A stretch of DNA of 64,000 nucleotides from Takakia lepidozioides (Eukaryota; Plantae; Bryophyta), in the NCBI GenBank assembly GCA_030704615.1, contig CM060732.1:1550001-1614000 (forward strand). The letters are read 5' to 3'. Positions 1 through 13,900 of the stretch are shown one piece after another (the first letter of the stretch is position 1; every line of letters starts with the position of its first letter). The notes under the pieces were generated by a model. It made no database searches, was not told the origin of the DNA, and saw only the letters and a list, made by a program, of their open reading frames with translations. Both the position numbers and the translations under genes were made by a program.

Positions 1-817
1 AGAATCGTGGTGCTCTTCACCCTGATATCCTCCATTCCCCTAATTCTCTTCATCCCAGACAAACAAGAAGGCCTTGTTTGGAATAGCTGTAGGAAAGCTT
101 GCAGGGCATAAAGCATGAAAGTATGGTTGGCACAAAAAAGAACATGTAAATGAGTGTAAGCCTGTGGGGCATGCAGATAGTGAGTGAGAGAGAATGTCCT
201 TTCCACCCGTCCGTCCTTACGCCACTGCGTAAGTAATAATGCTAGTGTATAGTTTGTGATATCCGCCATAGCTACAAGGCTATAGCTTTGATTGCCCCTC
301 CCGCCGAGATACTGGTTATTCAGAGCAAGCCCGACTTTTCCGCTCATAATTTTTCTAATTTCTTGTTCTTGTTTCTTGGAGGGAACCACCTGCATGAAAT
401 TCACGTTTCTGATTGGTTGTTGCCCCCTCGGGTAACTTCTCAATTTTACCCCCATCTGCTCACATTCCCACTTGGAATGCCTACTAGGACAGCATATGTG
501 GCAAAGATCCCCCTTTGCTATACGCATAAAGGGTTCCGTTACCTGCTCCCTGGATGCATTAATGGGTCCGCAATTAATTTCGGCTGTTGTACCGGGTAGG
601 TACTTCGACGGCCCAGTTTGTCTTTTCGCATGATGGCACCCGCTATTGCAGTACATGCAAAGCGGAGTGCTTTGCCCCTTAGGCCACGTGTTCGAATTTA
701 AACTCTCTCCCGTCTCCCTCTGTCCGCGTGGCTTTTTCTCCGAGTTTGACTCCCAAGCTGACCTCACACTTACCGGCCACTTTTCTGACGTTAACCCGCA
801 TCCACTTGTCACCGACC

Positions 818-3800
818 CTATGGACTGTGCAATCCACGTAGGTTGTGTTGGGCTGTGTCACACTGTGGTGAGCTGTGATAAGCTGTGTGACGCTCGTGTT
901 CTACACTCAGGCCATACACATTTGGCTTTACGACAAGTGCTTCATGCTCCATTGGTGTTACTGGTGTAACCTGTGACTGCTTCTGTGTTTCAAAATGCAA
1001 ATCATGCCGCAATGGTTTATCATGGATACCACTGTATCCTTTCAACTTATTGGCATTGACTCTTCCAGGCATCTCTTTGTTAATGGTTTGTAACATGGCT
1101 GTGTTGTTATCATACATCTTCTGTATGACATAAGGTCCTTTCCATGGTGACTTAAGCTTAGAAGCTTTAATCTTTCCCTTCTTCTGCAACCACATTACCA
1201 AATCACCCGTCTTAAAAGTCTTCAGTTTACCTTCATCAAACTGATCCTTCTTCTTCATCAGAATTCTGGTCATGTTATCTGCTGCATCCGCACGTACTTC
1301 CTCCACATGATATATTTCATGTTTCCTAACTTTAATTGAATCCTCCAATTCCATTCTTTTTCCCCATTCCGTTCTCATAGTAGGTAATAAGAATTCTACT
1401 CAAAGTAAAGCTTCCATACCATAAACTAATTGGAATGGTGTATACTTGGTTGTGACTTTATATGAAGTCTTGTATGACCACAAAGCTGTCAGTAGCTTTG
1501 TATCCCAATCCGTTCTGTTTGCATTGACTATCTTAGCCAAGATAGTCCATAATATTTTGTTGGTGGCCTCTGCCTGCCCATTGCCCTGTGGGTAATAGGT
1601 TGTACTCTTCATGTGCACAATCATGAACTCTTTAGTCAATAGTTCTATGGTCTCATTAATGAAGTGACTTCACTGGTCACTGATAAATTCCAGGGGACAG
1701 CCAAATCTTGTAAGTATGTTCTCATACAGGAACCTTGCTGTAGACTTAGCTGTGTTGTCCCTCATAGCCTTAGCTTCCACCCACTTTGTAGTATAATCAG
1801 TGGCTGTGATTATATACTTGTTCTGTGTATTCCTGGCTGGTGGGTTAATTGGTCCAACAAAGTCTAGTCCCCATTTCTGGAATGGTTCAGTAGGCATCGT
1901 AGGATGCAAAGCCATCTTCCCAGATCTTTGAAAAAGGTCCTAGCCTTTGACACTCATCACAATTCTTGCAATACTTGTGCACATCTTTGAACAAAGTAGG
2001 CCACCAGTATCCTGCAAGTAGTATTTTTCTACTGGTAGTCTCCTCTCCAAAATGTCCTCCAGCCACTCATTTATGAACTTCTTCCAAAACTTTATTTACT
2101 TCATGGTGGTACAAGCATCGTTTAAGAACTCCATCAGGTCCTAACTTATACATTCTGCCACCTATCATAGTATAGGGTAAAGCCTTGATAGCTACTCTCT
2201 TCCTCTGTTCCTTCCCATAACTGGGTGGGCGCTGACCATGAGTAAGGTAGTATCTGATTGGCCACTGCCAATCTAACCAATCATCTGTACTTTCTTGCAC
2301 CTCCACTGCAAATAGACTCACATCAGGTAGTTGGTCATCTACTCCCATGGCGGACTCTCCTGTTGATAGGCATGACAAATGATCTGCCACAAGATGCAAA
2401 CGGCCAGGCTTGTAAACAACTTTGAATTCAAACTCGTGCAAGATTATTAACCATCTTGCTATCCTGCCACTTATCAAAGGCTTGTTCACCAGATAAATCA
2501 AAGCCTGATGATCCACATAAAACATAAATTTCCCTCCCAATAGGTAATGCCTGAATTTCTTGACTGCATAAATCATTGCCAATGCTTCTCTTTCAGTGGT
2601 GCTATAGTTCCTTTCAGCACTGTTGAACAACCTGCTAGCATAGTACACAGGTGAATCTATATTTCCTGTGATATTTTGGGCTAACACAGCTCCCAATGCT
2701 TCTCCTGAGGCATCACAGTGTACATGAAATATTACATGCCAGTGAGGGTTAATCAGCACATGTGTAGTTGTTACTGACAATGTAAGTTCCTCAAATGTCT
2801 GCTGACATTCAGCTGTCCATGTAAACACTGCATCCTTCTTCAAAAGCTTGCTCAATGGAGCTGCCATCTGTGCATACCGTTTGACAAACTTTCTATAATA
2901 AGTAATTTGTCCAAGGAACCTCTTTAGTCCTTTAACGTTACTTGGTGGTGGTGAGGCTTTCATAACCTTTGTCTTTCTAGGATCCACAAGCAGTCCCTTC
3001 TTACACACAATGTATCCCAATAGTACCCCTGAGTTCACACAGAAAGTACATTTTTCTGGATTCAGACCAAGACCTCTCATCCTGCATCTGGCCAAACATA
3101 ACTCCAACTTCTGCAAGTGCTCATTTTTAGAGCTGTACACATTGAAGTCATCTAAGAACACTTGCATGAAATCATCCAGATACTCATGGAAGGATTCGCT
3201 TATCACTCTCTGAAAAATTGCTGGTGCATTACAAAGTCCAAAAGGCATAACTTTGTATGCATAAGCACCCCAGTCTGTGATAAAAGCTGTCTTTCCCTGG
3301 TCTTCTTCCGCCACTTGCACTTGGTTATATCCACTGAAGCCATCCATGAATGAGTACATCTCATGGCCTGCCACAGTGTCCAGTACAACTTCTGTAAATG
3401 GCAAGGGAAATGGATCTTTCTTTGTACAAGCATTCAGTTTCTTATAGTTCACACAAACTCTCAGTTTACCATTCTTCTTGGGAACTATCACAATGGGTGA
3501 CAACCAAGTTGTATACTCTATCGGGTATATGAACTTAGCCTCAGCCAACTTCTTGATCTCTTCCCCAACCTTCTGTGCATAGTTCGGATTCATCCTGTAC
3601 CTTGCCTGTTTGATTGGCACTGACCCTGGTTCCAGTTCAATCTTATGCTGACAAATCTCAGGGGGTATCCCTTTTAGATCCTCATAGCTCCATGCAAATA
3701 CATCTTTTTATTTGATAAACAAGCTCTTAGCTTCGTCAAAGAATTCTGGCTCCAAGTCAGCCCCTACTTTCACCATTCTTGGTTCTTCCTCAATTCCCAC

Positions 3801-6800
3801 ATTCACTTCTCTCACCTGCTCCTCAGCTGTGATTGTCCATCCAGCCACTATTTCATCCTGTAAACTCATAGTGGCTGGTTTTCTAGGATTTTCATTCCTC
3901 CCTCTTTTTCCTCATAGAAATGTGGTGGGTAACTACTTGTTTCACCCTCAATTGGTATGGCTGTTACTGCACCACAACAGATACCTTTAAAACAACTCAG
4001 ACCTCCCAGTTGTATTTCTGCAACCTGCTCCCACTCTGGTTGTGCATCAAACAGGGTAGCTTCCTGCTCCTCATCAAGTCCTCCCCTCCAGTCGACTCCA
4101 CGAGGTCTTCTGGTAGCAGGTAGCCTACTAGATTTCTTAGTGGTGACCTGTATCTTGTGTTTCCCATCATGCACAGTCAGTAACTGGGAATTCCAGTCAT
4201 GGAATACCATGGCCTGTTTCAGCCATGGTCGACCCAGCAATAAAGAGTAAGCTTCCATGACATCATCCATTTTCAATACAGTCACTGTGATCTTAAAGAT
4301 CATCTTCGGAATCTGTATCTTAACTCCTCTTATCAAGCCTAATGGTTGTACACTCCTTTGATCTGCCATTGTTACTGTGAATGGGGCTGGTTTCATGTTA
4401 CTTAGACCAAGCTTCTGCCTTAATTGGTTTGTCATAATATTCACTCCTGAGCCTCCATCTATCAGTACATCAGTCAAGTCCGTGCTTCCAATTCTCAATT
4501 GGATTATTGGCATAGAATCATCAAAGTCCATGACTGTTTCTCGCCCTTCAGGCTTCACATTATAATTTGTCACCTTGCTGTTCAGGTCTGTGTTCTCTGT
4601 CACATGAGCAATCTGATTGATTGCTTGATACAGCCTGTGCCTACAATGAGGTGCCACAACCAATAGTTGTCCAATGGTAATCTCAGCTTTGGACTGGCAT
4701 ATTATTCCAACCAAAGTCCCTTCATTACCCTGCACTTGAGCAGTTTCTTGCTTCACTTCATCTTCACTCTCTTCTTCTATTTCAGAATCAGAGGAATCTG
4801 CCATAGGGATATCAGTATTCTTCTGCATTTCCCTTAAGGTATCAGCCACTTCCTTGTGCAGTTCCTTCTCATCTCTCCAAGCCTCATCATCTTCAGGCAC
4901 ATCACTACCATCTTCATTAACATCTTCTTCCTCATCCACTGGAGATATTTAGTTTAGCTTTGCTTATGGTAACTATCATTGTACTTACTTCTGGTACAAA
5001 ACATGGCCTAACCATGTGAGCTGCCACTACTGGGCCTTCGTTCACATGAGCTCTCATCTCATTTTGGTGTCTGATCCAGAATGGACAGGCTGCCTTTTGG
5101 TGTCCTGCCTGGTTACAATAGTAACACAGTTCTTCACCATTGGGTCCTCGCCCTTGGTTTGCTCTAGGATTATTTCTATAATCCTGATTCCCTGGTTGGT
5201 AATTCCCCCTTGGATTACCCTGATAGTTGCCTCTGGGATTGCCTTGGTAATTCCCTCTTGGATTACCTCTCCCTGCCATACCATTGTTATAACCACCAAG
5301 CCTACCATAGTGGTCCTGATCATTGTTTCTTCCTGGTTGGGGCTGCACTTGATGCACCCTTACTTGCCTAGGTTCTCTTGCAACTGTCCTTCTGTTGTAA
5401 TAACAATTCTCAGTAGAATGGTTATCCATTTTACAGATAGTACAGTGTTTCTCCTTCATGTGGCATTCATCTGTGGTATGGCCTTCATTCTGGCATTTTG
5501 CACACTACCTTCCTCCAATGTGTTACAGCCTCTGTGGCATACTTCTTCAAGATCTCCTCCAGTCTTTTCTCATAGTTATCCCTCTTCAACTTTTCCTTCT
5601 TCTTACTCTTCCTCTTGAGCTCTTGCTCTTCTTCCTCATCTGACTCAACTTCGGAGTTCTCATCATCCATTTTCTCACTCCTGAGCTTTCCCAATTGCTC
5701 AATTCTGTTGGCTGTTTCAAATGCCTCCTCCACTGTATTATGGGGTAGCATATCCACTTTCTTTTGTAATTCAGGTCTTAATCCACTCACAAACCAGGTC
5801 TTCTGTAACCCTGGTGCTGACACGGCAGCCAACTTTTTCATCATCAACTCCATCTTTTCCATGTACTCTTCAACAGTTTCATGCTTCTTTTGCTTTAACT
5901 GTTGTAAACTCCCATACACTTCATCCTCAGTTTTGCTTGTCCCGAACCTATTTCGGAATGCTGTACTAAGGCCATTCCAGGTTAGGAAATGATTATCAGG
6001 GAATCTTGCATATCATTCACTTGCTTTCTTGATAAGTGAACGAGGAAACAGTCTCATCTTGGCATCATCGCCATTCTCATTGTTCACAATACACATGTGC
6101 TCAAATTGGCTGATGTGTACATCAGGATCCCCTTTCCCTACATATATTGGAAAATGTGGTTTTGCCCGTGTTGGACGTACCGCCATCTGTGGCCCTACAC
6201 CCTGCCCACTGACAGGTGCTGGTCCTCATGTTGGTGCTGGTCCTAGAGGACCTACTGTTGTAGTGGTGGTTCTCCCACCAGGTGTTGGCCCCTGAGCACT
6301 CCCTGCTACTGGCCCCACTGTACTCTCAGTACCCCCAGCTCCAGTTGCACTACTTCCCACACTCCCTGTCCCCCCAGAGCCAGATCCAAGCTGCCCGCCT
6401 GATCCCCCTAAGCTGACACCTTCGTTGGCCTGTGATCCAAGTGCTCTACTTGATCCAGGTCCAACAGGTTGGGATGTCCTGGTTGTAGTCTCAACCTCAA
6501 CTGTTGGGTCTACTTCTTCATACTCTTCATCTTCCAAGTTCATCTCTTGGATTTCCTCTTCGTCACTCATATAACTCAACTGAAGTGGTGTTGGAGAGTC
6601 TGAACTCTCCGTTGGCTCTGCCACATCCTCTTCTCCTTCTTTATCTTGTGCTTCAGAAACTGGAGTTCCTGCTTTTGGTGTTCCATGCCAACTCTGATCA
6701 AAGATTTATGTCAAATCTTTAATCCAGGGATGTACCTCCCCTCGTGGTTGATCTTTTTCCTCTATCAAATCTCTTAATATTTCTTGTAAAGAATAAGAAG

Positions 6801-6984
6801 GAGTGGCATCCAACTCTGGTTCTTCCGGTATAGGTGATGTACTCTCTGATCTTAATGGTGTGAGAGGTCCAGATGATTCCCCTATGTCGATTCCTCTCTC
6901 CCAAAGATATGGATAATTAGCTTTCAAATAACTTTCTTTTTTTGCTGAATATCTGTGGAGTCTAGCTTCTCTTTCATCACTCAT
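818..6984 (-). pseudogene. Decayed gag-pol polyprotein of copy A
   Basis: Gag starts MSDERE at 6984 and has CCHC knuckles. Protease VLIDGGSGVNIM. RT FMDGFSGYNQ...MPFGLCNAP...FLDD. RNase H CDASGEALG...NYSTTEREAL. Integrase WGLDFVGP...FISDQ...PQGNGQAE...SPWKGPY. Split over many ORF-track fragments. Confidence 0.95.
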
Positions 6985-7521
6985 GTCCCATGTCTTTCAT
7001 ATCTTTAAGCAATAACCAAAACTCTCTTCTGTAGTATCTCTCGTATATGCCTGGATTTCTTTCAAGCTTTAATGCACCCTTGGCTATACTAGAAGTTTCC
7101 GTTACCATATAACCATATGGCAAGCACGTCTGAAAAGTTGTTCTTGGTGTAAGTTTGATCCACAGGATATCCTTAGGAATCCAATTCTTTACCAGTACAA
7201 GTTCTTCATGCATATGAGTGTAAACATTCACTTTCCGTTCCTCCCAGCCTCAAACTCCACTCGTTTAATGGATAGCAACGCTATCACATAAACCAGTGTT
7301 GGTAGCCAACTTTCTCTCCCTCTACAGGCCACTTGATAAATCTTTATCACTCCTTTCTCTAGACCCCACTCTAAATCTGCATTATGCACTCTTTTAAGAA
7401 TGTTTCTTTGAAACCGTCTAGCAATTCCAAAAACCTCTGAAAAAATTGTTTGGACAACCTTTCTTTCTCAGTTCACAGTTAATTTGATTCACATCAAATT
7501 CTTTAATTCTCCAACCACCAT
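6977..7521 (-). pseudogene. Extra ORF1 between PBS and gag (copy A), unknown protein of ~180 aa
   Basis: Same peptide as 52517-53063 in copy C (VNVYTHMHEELVL.KNWIPKDILWIKLTPRT.FQTCLPYGYMVTE). Its stop overlaps the gag ATG (ATGAGTGA). Confidence 0.65.
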
Positions 7522-7565
7522 GATCCCACCAGATGCCTGTCACATCTAGTTGTTCTTGACCCAGT

Positions 7566-7583
7566 TCCCCAGTATGGTCGCCA
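7566..7583 (-). promoter_or_regulatory. Primer binding site TGGCGACCATACTGGGGA (tRNA-Arg-like)
   Basis: Starts TGG 2 nt after the LTR end (...GCTCGACA). Resembles the complement of plant tRNA-Arg 3' ends. Confidence 0.8.
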
Positions 7584-7585
7584 AA

Positions 7586-8434
7586 TGTCGAGCGGCTTTT
7601 ACTCATCCATCCCTTTGCTATCCGAGGTGGGAACTCCAAGATAGAAGAGTTGGATATCTGTAAGCACTCAGCCCGCTCAGAACAATCAGTCATGACCTAC
7701 AACTAGTGTATCATGGAAGTGCTTCTTGTTTGTATTCATTTTTGCCTTCATGTCAGCAAGTTACCTCACTGTTATATTTAAGTATCAGATTGCTTCAGCA
7801 ATCCACCAGGTTCCATTCACTCTTCCATTCATTCCACAGCTTCTTTTAGGTCTCTCTACACAATGTGAGTATGGAATATGTATCAGATTAAGTTATATCT
7901 AGTAACAGGCCGAAGCCATGGTGTCTCTAATCTGCTCTACAGTATCACCCTACAGCTTTGCATGTATCAAGCATCTACAGATCGTCTCTCCTCCTTCACC
8001 GTGCTCTCCATCTTTGCTCCTGTTCGTGCTCTCCGCCTGATCTCCTCTCCTCATGACCAAGAAGTGCTCTTCCAGAAGTGTCCTCCATGTTGCTGCTCTG
8101 CCTAATTTATCTGCAAGCTGTTCTAACCGCCTAACTAACTAACTGTCACCCAAGAAGTAAGCACTTTCCCTCTGCAGATGTTGTTCCCACACAGTCGTCC
8201 TTACCAATGATAACCGTTCCCTATATACGTTGTGACGGGCTGTGCCAAGTTGTGTCGGGCTGTGACTGTGCCGAGCTGTGACTGGCTGTGTGAAGTTGTG
8301 TCGAACTGTGTAAGCCTGTCTACCACCCCCAAGGCCTGTGCTAGTCCAAGTCTACCATCTGTAAGTCTATGCAAAAATTAAGGGTACCCCACAAAACCCA
8401 TAAAAGTGTCTAAGTCCCAGACAACCCTCTAACA
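7586..8434 (-). repeat. 5' LTR of copy A (849 bp, TG...CA)
   Basis: TGTTAGAGGG...GCCGCTCGACA on the minus strand. Closely matches 19400-20285. Preceded by ATTCC on the element strand. Confidence 0.95.
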
Positions 8435-10086
8435 GGAATACCCTGGCCTGTTTCAGCCATGGTCGACCCAGCAATAAGGAGTAAGCTTCCATGACATCAT
8501 CCATTTTCAACACAGTTACTGTGATCTTAAAGATCATCTTCTGAATCTGTATCTTAACTCCTCTTATCAAGCCTAATGGCTGTACACTCCGTTGATCTGC
8601 CATTGTCACTGTGAATGGGGCTGGTTTCATGTTACTCAGACCAAGCTTCTGCCTTAATTGGTCTGTCATAATATTCACTCCTAAGCCTCCATCTATCAGT
8701 ACATCAGTCAAGTCTGTGCTTCCAATTCTCAATTGGATTATTGGCATAGAATCATCAAAGTCCATCACTGTTTCTCGTCCTTCAAGCTTCACATTATAAC
8801 TGGTCATCTTACTATTCAGGTCTGTGTTCTCTGTCACATGAACAATCTGATTGATTGCTTGATACAGCCTGTGCCTACAATGAGGTGCCACAGCCAATAG
8901 CTGTCCAATGGTAATCTCAGCTTTGGACTGGCATAATACTTCGGCCAAAGTCCCTTCATTACCCTGCACTTGTGCAGCTTCCTTCTTCACTTCATCTTCA
9001 CCCTCTTCATCTTCTCTATCAGAGTCAGAAGAATCTGTCATAGGGATATGAGTATTCTTCTGCATTTCCCTTATGGTATCAGCCACTTCCCTATGCAGTT
9101 CCTTCTCATCTCTCCAAGCCTCATCATCTTCAGGCACATCACTGCCATCTTCATTAACATCTTCTTCCTCATCCACTGGAGGTGTTAGCTTAGGTTTGCT
9201 TTTGGTAACTATCATTGTACTTACTTCTGGTACAAAACATGGCCTAACCATGTGAGCTGCCACGACTGGGCCTTCATTCACAGACGCTCGCATCTCATTT
9301 TGGTGTCTGATCCAGAATGGACAGGCTGATTTGCGATGTCCTGCCTGGTTACAATAGTAACACAGTTCTTCACCATTGGGTCCTCGCCTTTGGTCTGCTT
9401 TGGGATTATTTCTATAATCCTGATTCCTTGGCTTGTAATTCCCCCTTGGATTACCCTGATAGTTGCCTCTGGGATTGCCTTGGTAATTCCCTCTTGGATT
9501 ACCTCTCCCTGCCATACCATTGTTATATCCACCAGGCCTACCATAGTGGTCCTGATCATTGTTTCTTCTTGGCTGGGGCTGCACTTGATGCACCCTTACT
9601 TGCCTAGGTTCTCTTGCAGCTGTCCTTTTGTTGTAATAACAATTCTCAGTAGAATGGTTATCCATTTTACAGATTGTACAGTGTTTCTCCTTCATGTGGC
9701 ATTCAGCTGTGGTATGGCCTTCATTCTGACATTTTGCACACCAAACATCATTTCTCCAATGTGTTGCAGCCTCTGTGGCATACTTTTTCAAGATTTCTTC
9801 CAGCCTTTTCTCATAGTTATCCCTCTTTAACTTCTCCTTCTTCTTACTCTTCTTCTCGAACTCTTGCTCTTCTTCCTCATCTGACTCATCTTCAGAGTCC
9901 TCATCATCCATTTTCTCTCTCCTGAGCATTCCCAATTGCTCAATTCTGTTGACTGTTTCAAATGCCTCTTCCACTGTATTATGGGGTAGCATATCCACTT
10001 TCTTTTGTAATTCAGGTCTTAATCCACTCACAAACCAGTTCTTCTGTAACCCTGGTGCTGGCACAACAGCCAACTTTTTCATCATC
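8435..10086 (-). mobile_element. Gypsy copy B ('outer' element), gag C-terminus plus protease; interrupted by copy A and truncated by a CACTA end
   Basis: ORF 8367..10085 is near-identical to copy A gag-PR up to ...KQARVF, where the LTR begins. Homology stops abruptly at 10086. Confidence 0.93.
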
Positions 10087-10500
10087 CACTACAATACAAG
10101 CTGGGCTTAAAGATCAAGTCGTTTCAGTCAAGCAGTCGAATCCAGATGCCAGGTTCTGACAGTGAAATGTGACAGTAAAACCTAGGGGGTGACATGTAGG
10201 CAACACAGTATGACGTGGATGCGACGTGGCTATGACGTGTAGTAAAGTGGTTTAACTGAATTATAAGGTGGATGCATGACGTGTAGTGAGTGGCTTAAGG
10301 GCAGAGTGACGTGGATGCATGACGTGTAATAAAGTGGTTTAACTGAAGTGGAACATATTGACTATGTTTCATGATGTTTAGTATACGGTTTGACTGTAAA
10401 TCAGTGATAGTGAGTTTGCTTGATTTTGTATATTGTAATATTCTACTGTGAAACAGTAAAAGAGGACACATTTTAGTAAATATGTTTCACTCTGGAGGTG
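10087..10500 (+). mobile_element. CACTA-like transposon terminus with subterminal TGACGTG repeats
   Basis: CACTACAATACAAG begins exactly where Gypsy homology ends. Five TGACGTG(G/T) motifs at 10210-10330. No matching opposite TIR seen. Confidence 0.55.
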
Positions 10501-10948
10501 TATATACATATATACATATAAATATAATAATACATATATATATATGAATTGGGAGGCTTTTTTTTTTGTTTTTGTTTTTGTTTTGTTTATTACTGTTATT
10601 TCGTTTTTTATTTATTTACTTTTAGTTTATATCTGTACGTATGTGAATTAGTGGATATTGTATTTAAATTTTTTGATTCGCTGCACTGCATTGAAAATAT
10701 ATTACAAATACAACAAAACATAGAATACAAATACAGGTCGGAACCAAAAACATTTGGATGGCTCAAAACTGGTTTTATATCAAGAGTGATTTGCAAAACA
10801 AGTTTTGGCCACATTCTACAAATGACCAACATGAGGGCCATGTTGCCATATCCATAGATCACTGCCCAACTGAAGTCATTGAGTAAGAATAATCTGCTGT
10901 GCAGCTAGGTCCAGCACTATCGTGGACATGTCAAGAGAACATTAGAAA

Positions 10949-13900
10949 TCATTTTGAGAATGAATTCAGGTAGTTCCAGAGAATGGTGGTGCCAGCTACC
11001 TTGTCACCCAAAGTGACATCCACTTCCAGGGCTGCCTTGAAATACATATCCACCAAGGCAGTGTTTAGATTGACAACTCCAGCTTTGACGATGTCATCAT
11101 GGACCTTTGTGCCCTTTTGATGGCTGCCAGGCTCACATTTGACGTAGATGTACACCAGGGGAATGTTCAGAATGACATCTGGTACAATTCCAGCTTGGAT
11201 AATGTCACCATAAACCTCTTTGCCCCTTCCCAGGGCTGCTAGGCTCGCATATGCATATTACAAAAACAAATGAACATGACGGCCTGGTCTGGCTTCATCC
11301 CTTCCCACATCATTTGGTCTTATGTTTCCAAAGCCTTAATCCCATACCCATGCTGCACATACCTTGCAATCATGGCACTCCAAAATACCACAACTCGTTC
11401 AGCCATATTGTCAAACTCTCCCTTCACATCAGGCTTGCTGCACCCACATTTGGCATACATGTCCACCAAGGCAGAGTTCAGAATGACAATTTCCCCTTTA
11501 ACGATCGGCATAAGCAAGGGGAAGGAGACAGCAGAGCTGCTGCTCTCTCCCAGCGCCAAAAAACCAAAAGAAAAAAAAATGGAGGGGCTGAGAGAGCTGC
11601 CATGGCTGTGAAGTACCAGTATGCTGCAACGTGATGTGGTTGGGCTTCACCCCTTCCCCCATCAATATTTGATCATAGGTCTCCAAAGCCTCCATACCAT
11701 GTCCCTGCTGTGCATACCCTGCAAGCATCACCCATTCACAATCTCCAAAGCCTCCCTGCCAACCCAGTATATAAACAGAGTACACATAAGTTCCTTGCTT
11801 TGCATCCTCAATGCACCCACATTGGGCATACATGTCCACCAGGGCAGAGTTCAGAATGACATCTGGTACAATTCCAGCTTTGACAATGTCAACATAGACC
11901 TCTTTGACCTTCTCCAGGGCTGCCAGGCTTGCATAAGCATTGCAATCACACAAAAACGTGATGTGGTTGGGGCTTCACCCCTTCCCCCATCATTTGATCA
12001 TAGGTCTCCAAATCCACCATCCCACGCCCTGCTCTGCATACCCTGCGATACTTGTGAGTTTGTACCTGCTTTCCAGCTTCCAGACCTTTTTGGCGTGAAT
12101 CCACATCATTTGTTGGCACTAGGAAAGGGTTGAGACTGAGCTGCTACTCCCTGGTCTTACATAGTGGGTTTACATAGTGTGCCAAGCACAACATCTGGAG
12201 CCAAAGCCTCCATCCAGTGCCCCTGCAAGCATCGAGTTCTACGACACCACATCAGCTCTGACAATGTTGCCATGGGCCTCTTTGCCTTTTTCCAGGGCTG
12301 CCAGGCTTGCACACGCACTGCAACCGCACACAAACCTGATCAGCCCAAAACCAATGGCCAGCCTCTCACTGTGGTGGCAAAGAGAAAATTCCTTTTCCTC
12401 CTCCCCCACATCATGCAATACAAAGCGCGTATCAGACACATACCCCGCCTCCTTTCATCTGCCCAGACAATCTTCTCAGCTCAGCATGGATTTCCTTAAT
12501 TGGGATGCAACTTGTCATCTACAGCAAGGTGTGCACCCTGTTGCCAACCCCAATGCAGCAGCGACCTGGCTGCTTTCTAACCCCTCTGACCTTCATCATT
12601 CTTCTCACCTTTGCAGTATCATCCCACCTGCCAGCTGCAGCATACATGTTTGATACCAACACATAAGTCACGGCATCCTGTTCATCCCATTTGAGGATAG
12701 ATGTTGCCGCACATTCAGCCATCTCCACATTGCCATGGATTCTGCAGGCACCAAGCACGGCCTTCCACACCACAAGATCTAGATTGATTGGCATCTTATT
12801 AATCAGATCCACTGCCTCATCCAGTTGTCCCGCACGTCCAAGAAGGTCCACCATACAGCCAAAGTGCTTTACTGTCGGAGTGACACCATGATCTTGATTT
12901 CCTTCATTCAGTAGGCCAGTGTGGCTGCATGCGGAGAGAACACATATAAAGGTGAGACTGTCCGGCTTCAAGCCATTCTTTTGCATTTCCTAGTTGCAGG
13001 ACCTCCCTATGACCATGCTGGGCATATCCTGCGATCATCGCGTTCCACGACACCACATTTCGTTCAGCCATATTGTCGAACACTCCCTACGCATCCTCAA
13101 TGCACCCACATTTGGCATACATGTCCACGAGGGTATTGTTCAGAATCACATCTGGTACAATTCTAGCTTTGGCGATGCAACCATGCACCTCTTTGCCCTT
13201 TTCCAGGGCTGCCAGGCTTGCACACGCACTGCAAACGCACACAAACGCGATGTGGTTGCGCTTCACCCCTTCCACCATCATTTGCTCATAGGTCTCCAAG
13301 GCCTCCATCCCGCCCCCCTGTAGTGCATACCCTGCAAGCATGGCGTTCCATGACACCAAATCTCGTTCAGCCATATTGTTGAACACTCCCTCCACGTCCT
13401 CAATGCCCACATTTGACATGTATGTCCCCGAGGGTGTTGTTCAGAATCACATCTGGTACAATTCCAGCTTTGACGATGCAACCATGGACCTCTTTGCCCT
13501 TTTCCAGGGCTGTCAGGCTGGCACAAGCATTGCAAACGCACACAAACATGCTGTTGTTGCGCTTCACCCCTTTGCCCTTTTCCAGGGCTGCCAGGCTTGC
13601 AGACGCACAGAAACTTTATGTGGTTGGGCTTCACCCCTTCCTCCATCATTTGCTCGTAGGTCTCCACAGCCTCCATCCCGCGCCCCTGCTGTGCATATCC
13701 TGCAAGCATGGCGTTCCATGACACCACATCTTGTTCAGCCATATTGTTGAACACTCCCTCGGCATCCTCAATGCTCCCACAATTGGCATACATGTCCACG
13801 AGGGTATTGTTCAGAATGACATCTGGTACAATTCCAGCTTTCGCGATGCAACCATGCACCTCTTTGCACATGCATTGCAAATGCACACAAACGTGATGTG

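Larger units (their letters stand above)
1..8434 (-). mobile_element. Ty3/Gypsy (non-chromovirus) LTR retrotransposon, copy A ('inner' element): 5' LTR, PBS, ORF1, gag-pol and start of the 3' region; runs off the left edge
   Basis: Domain order gag-PR-RT-RH-INT on the minus strand. LTR at 7586-8434 followed by a PBS. Many stops and frameshifts. Confidence 0.95.

Noticed and set aside
5016-5618. Hydrophobic plus-strand ORFs (also 9336..9830, and 54394..55026 on minus) as membrane or env proteins
   Set aside because: They are antisense shadows of the repetitive gag region.
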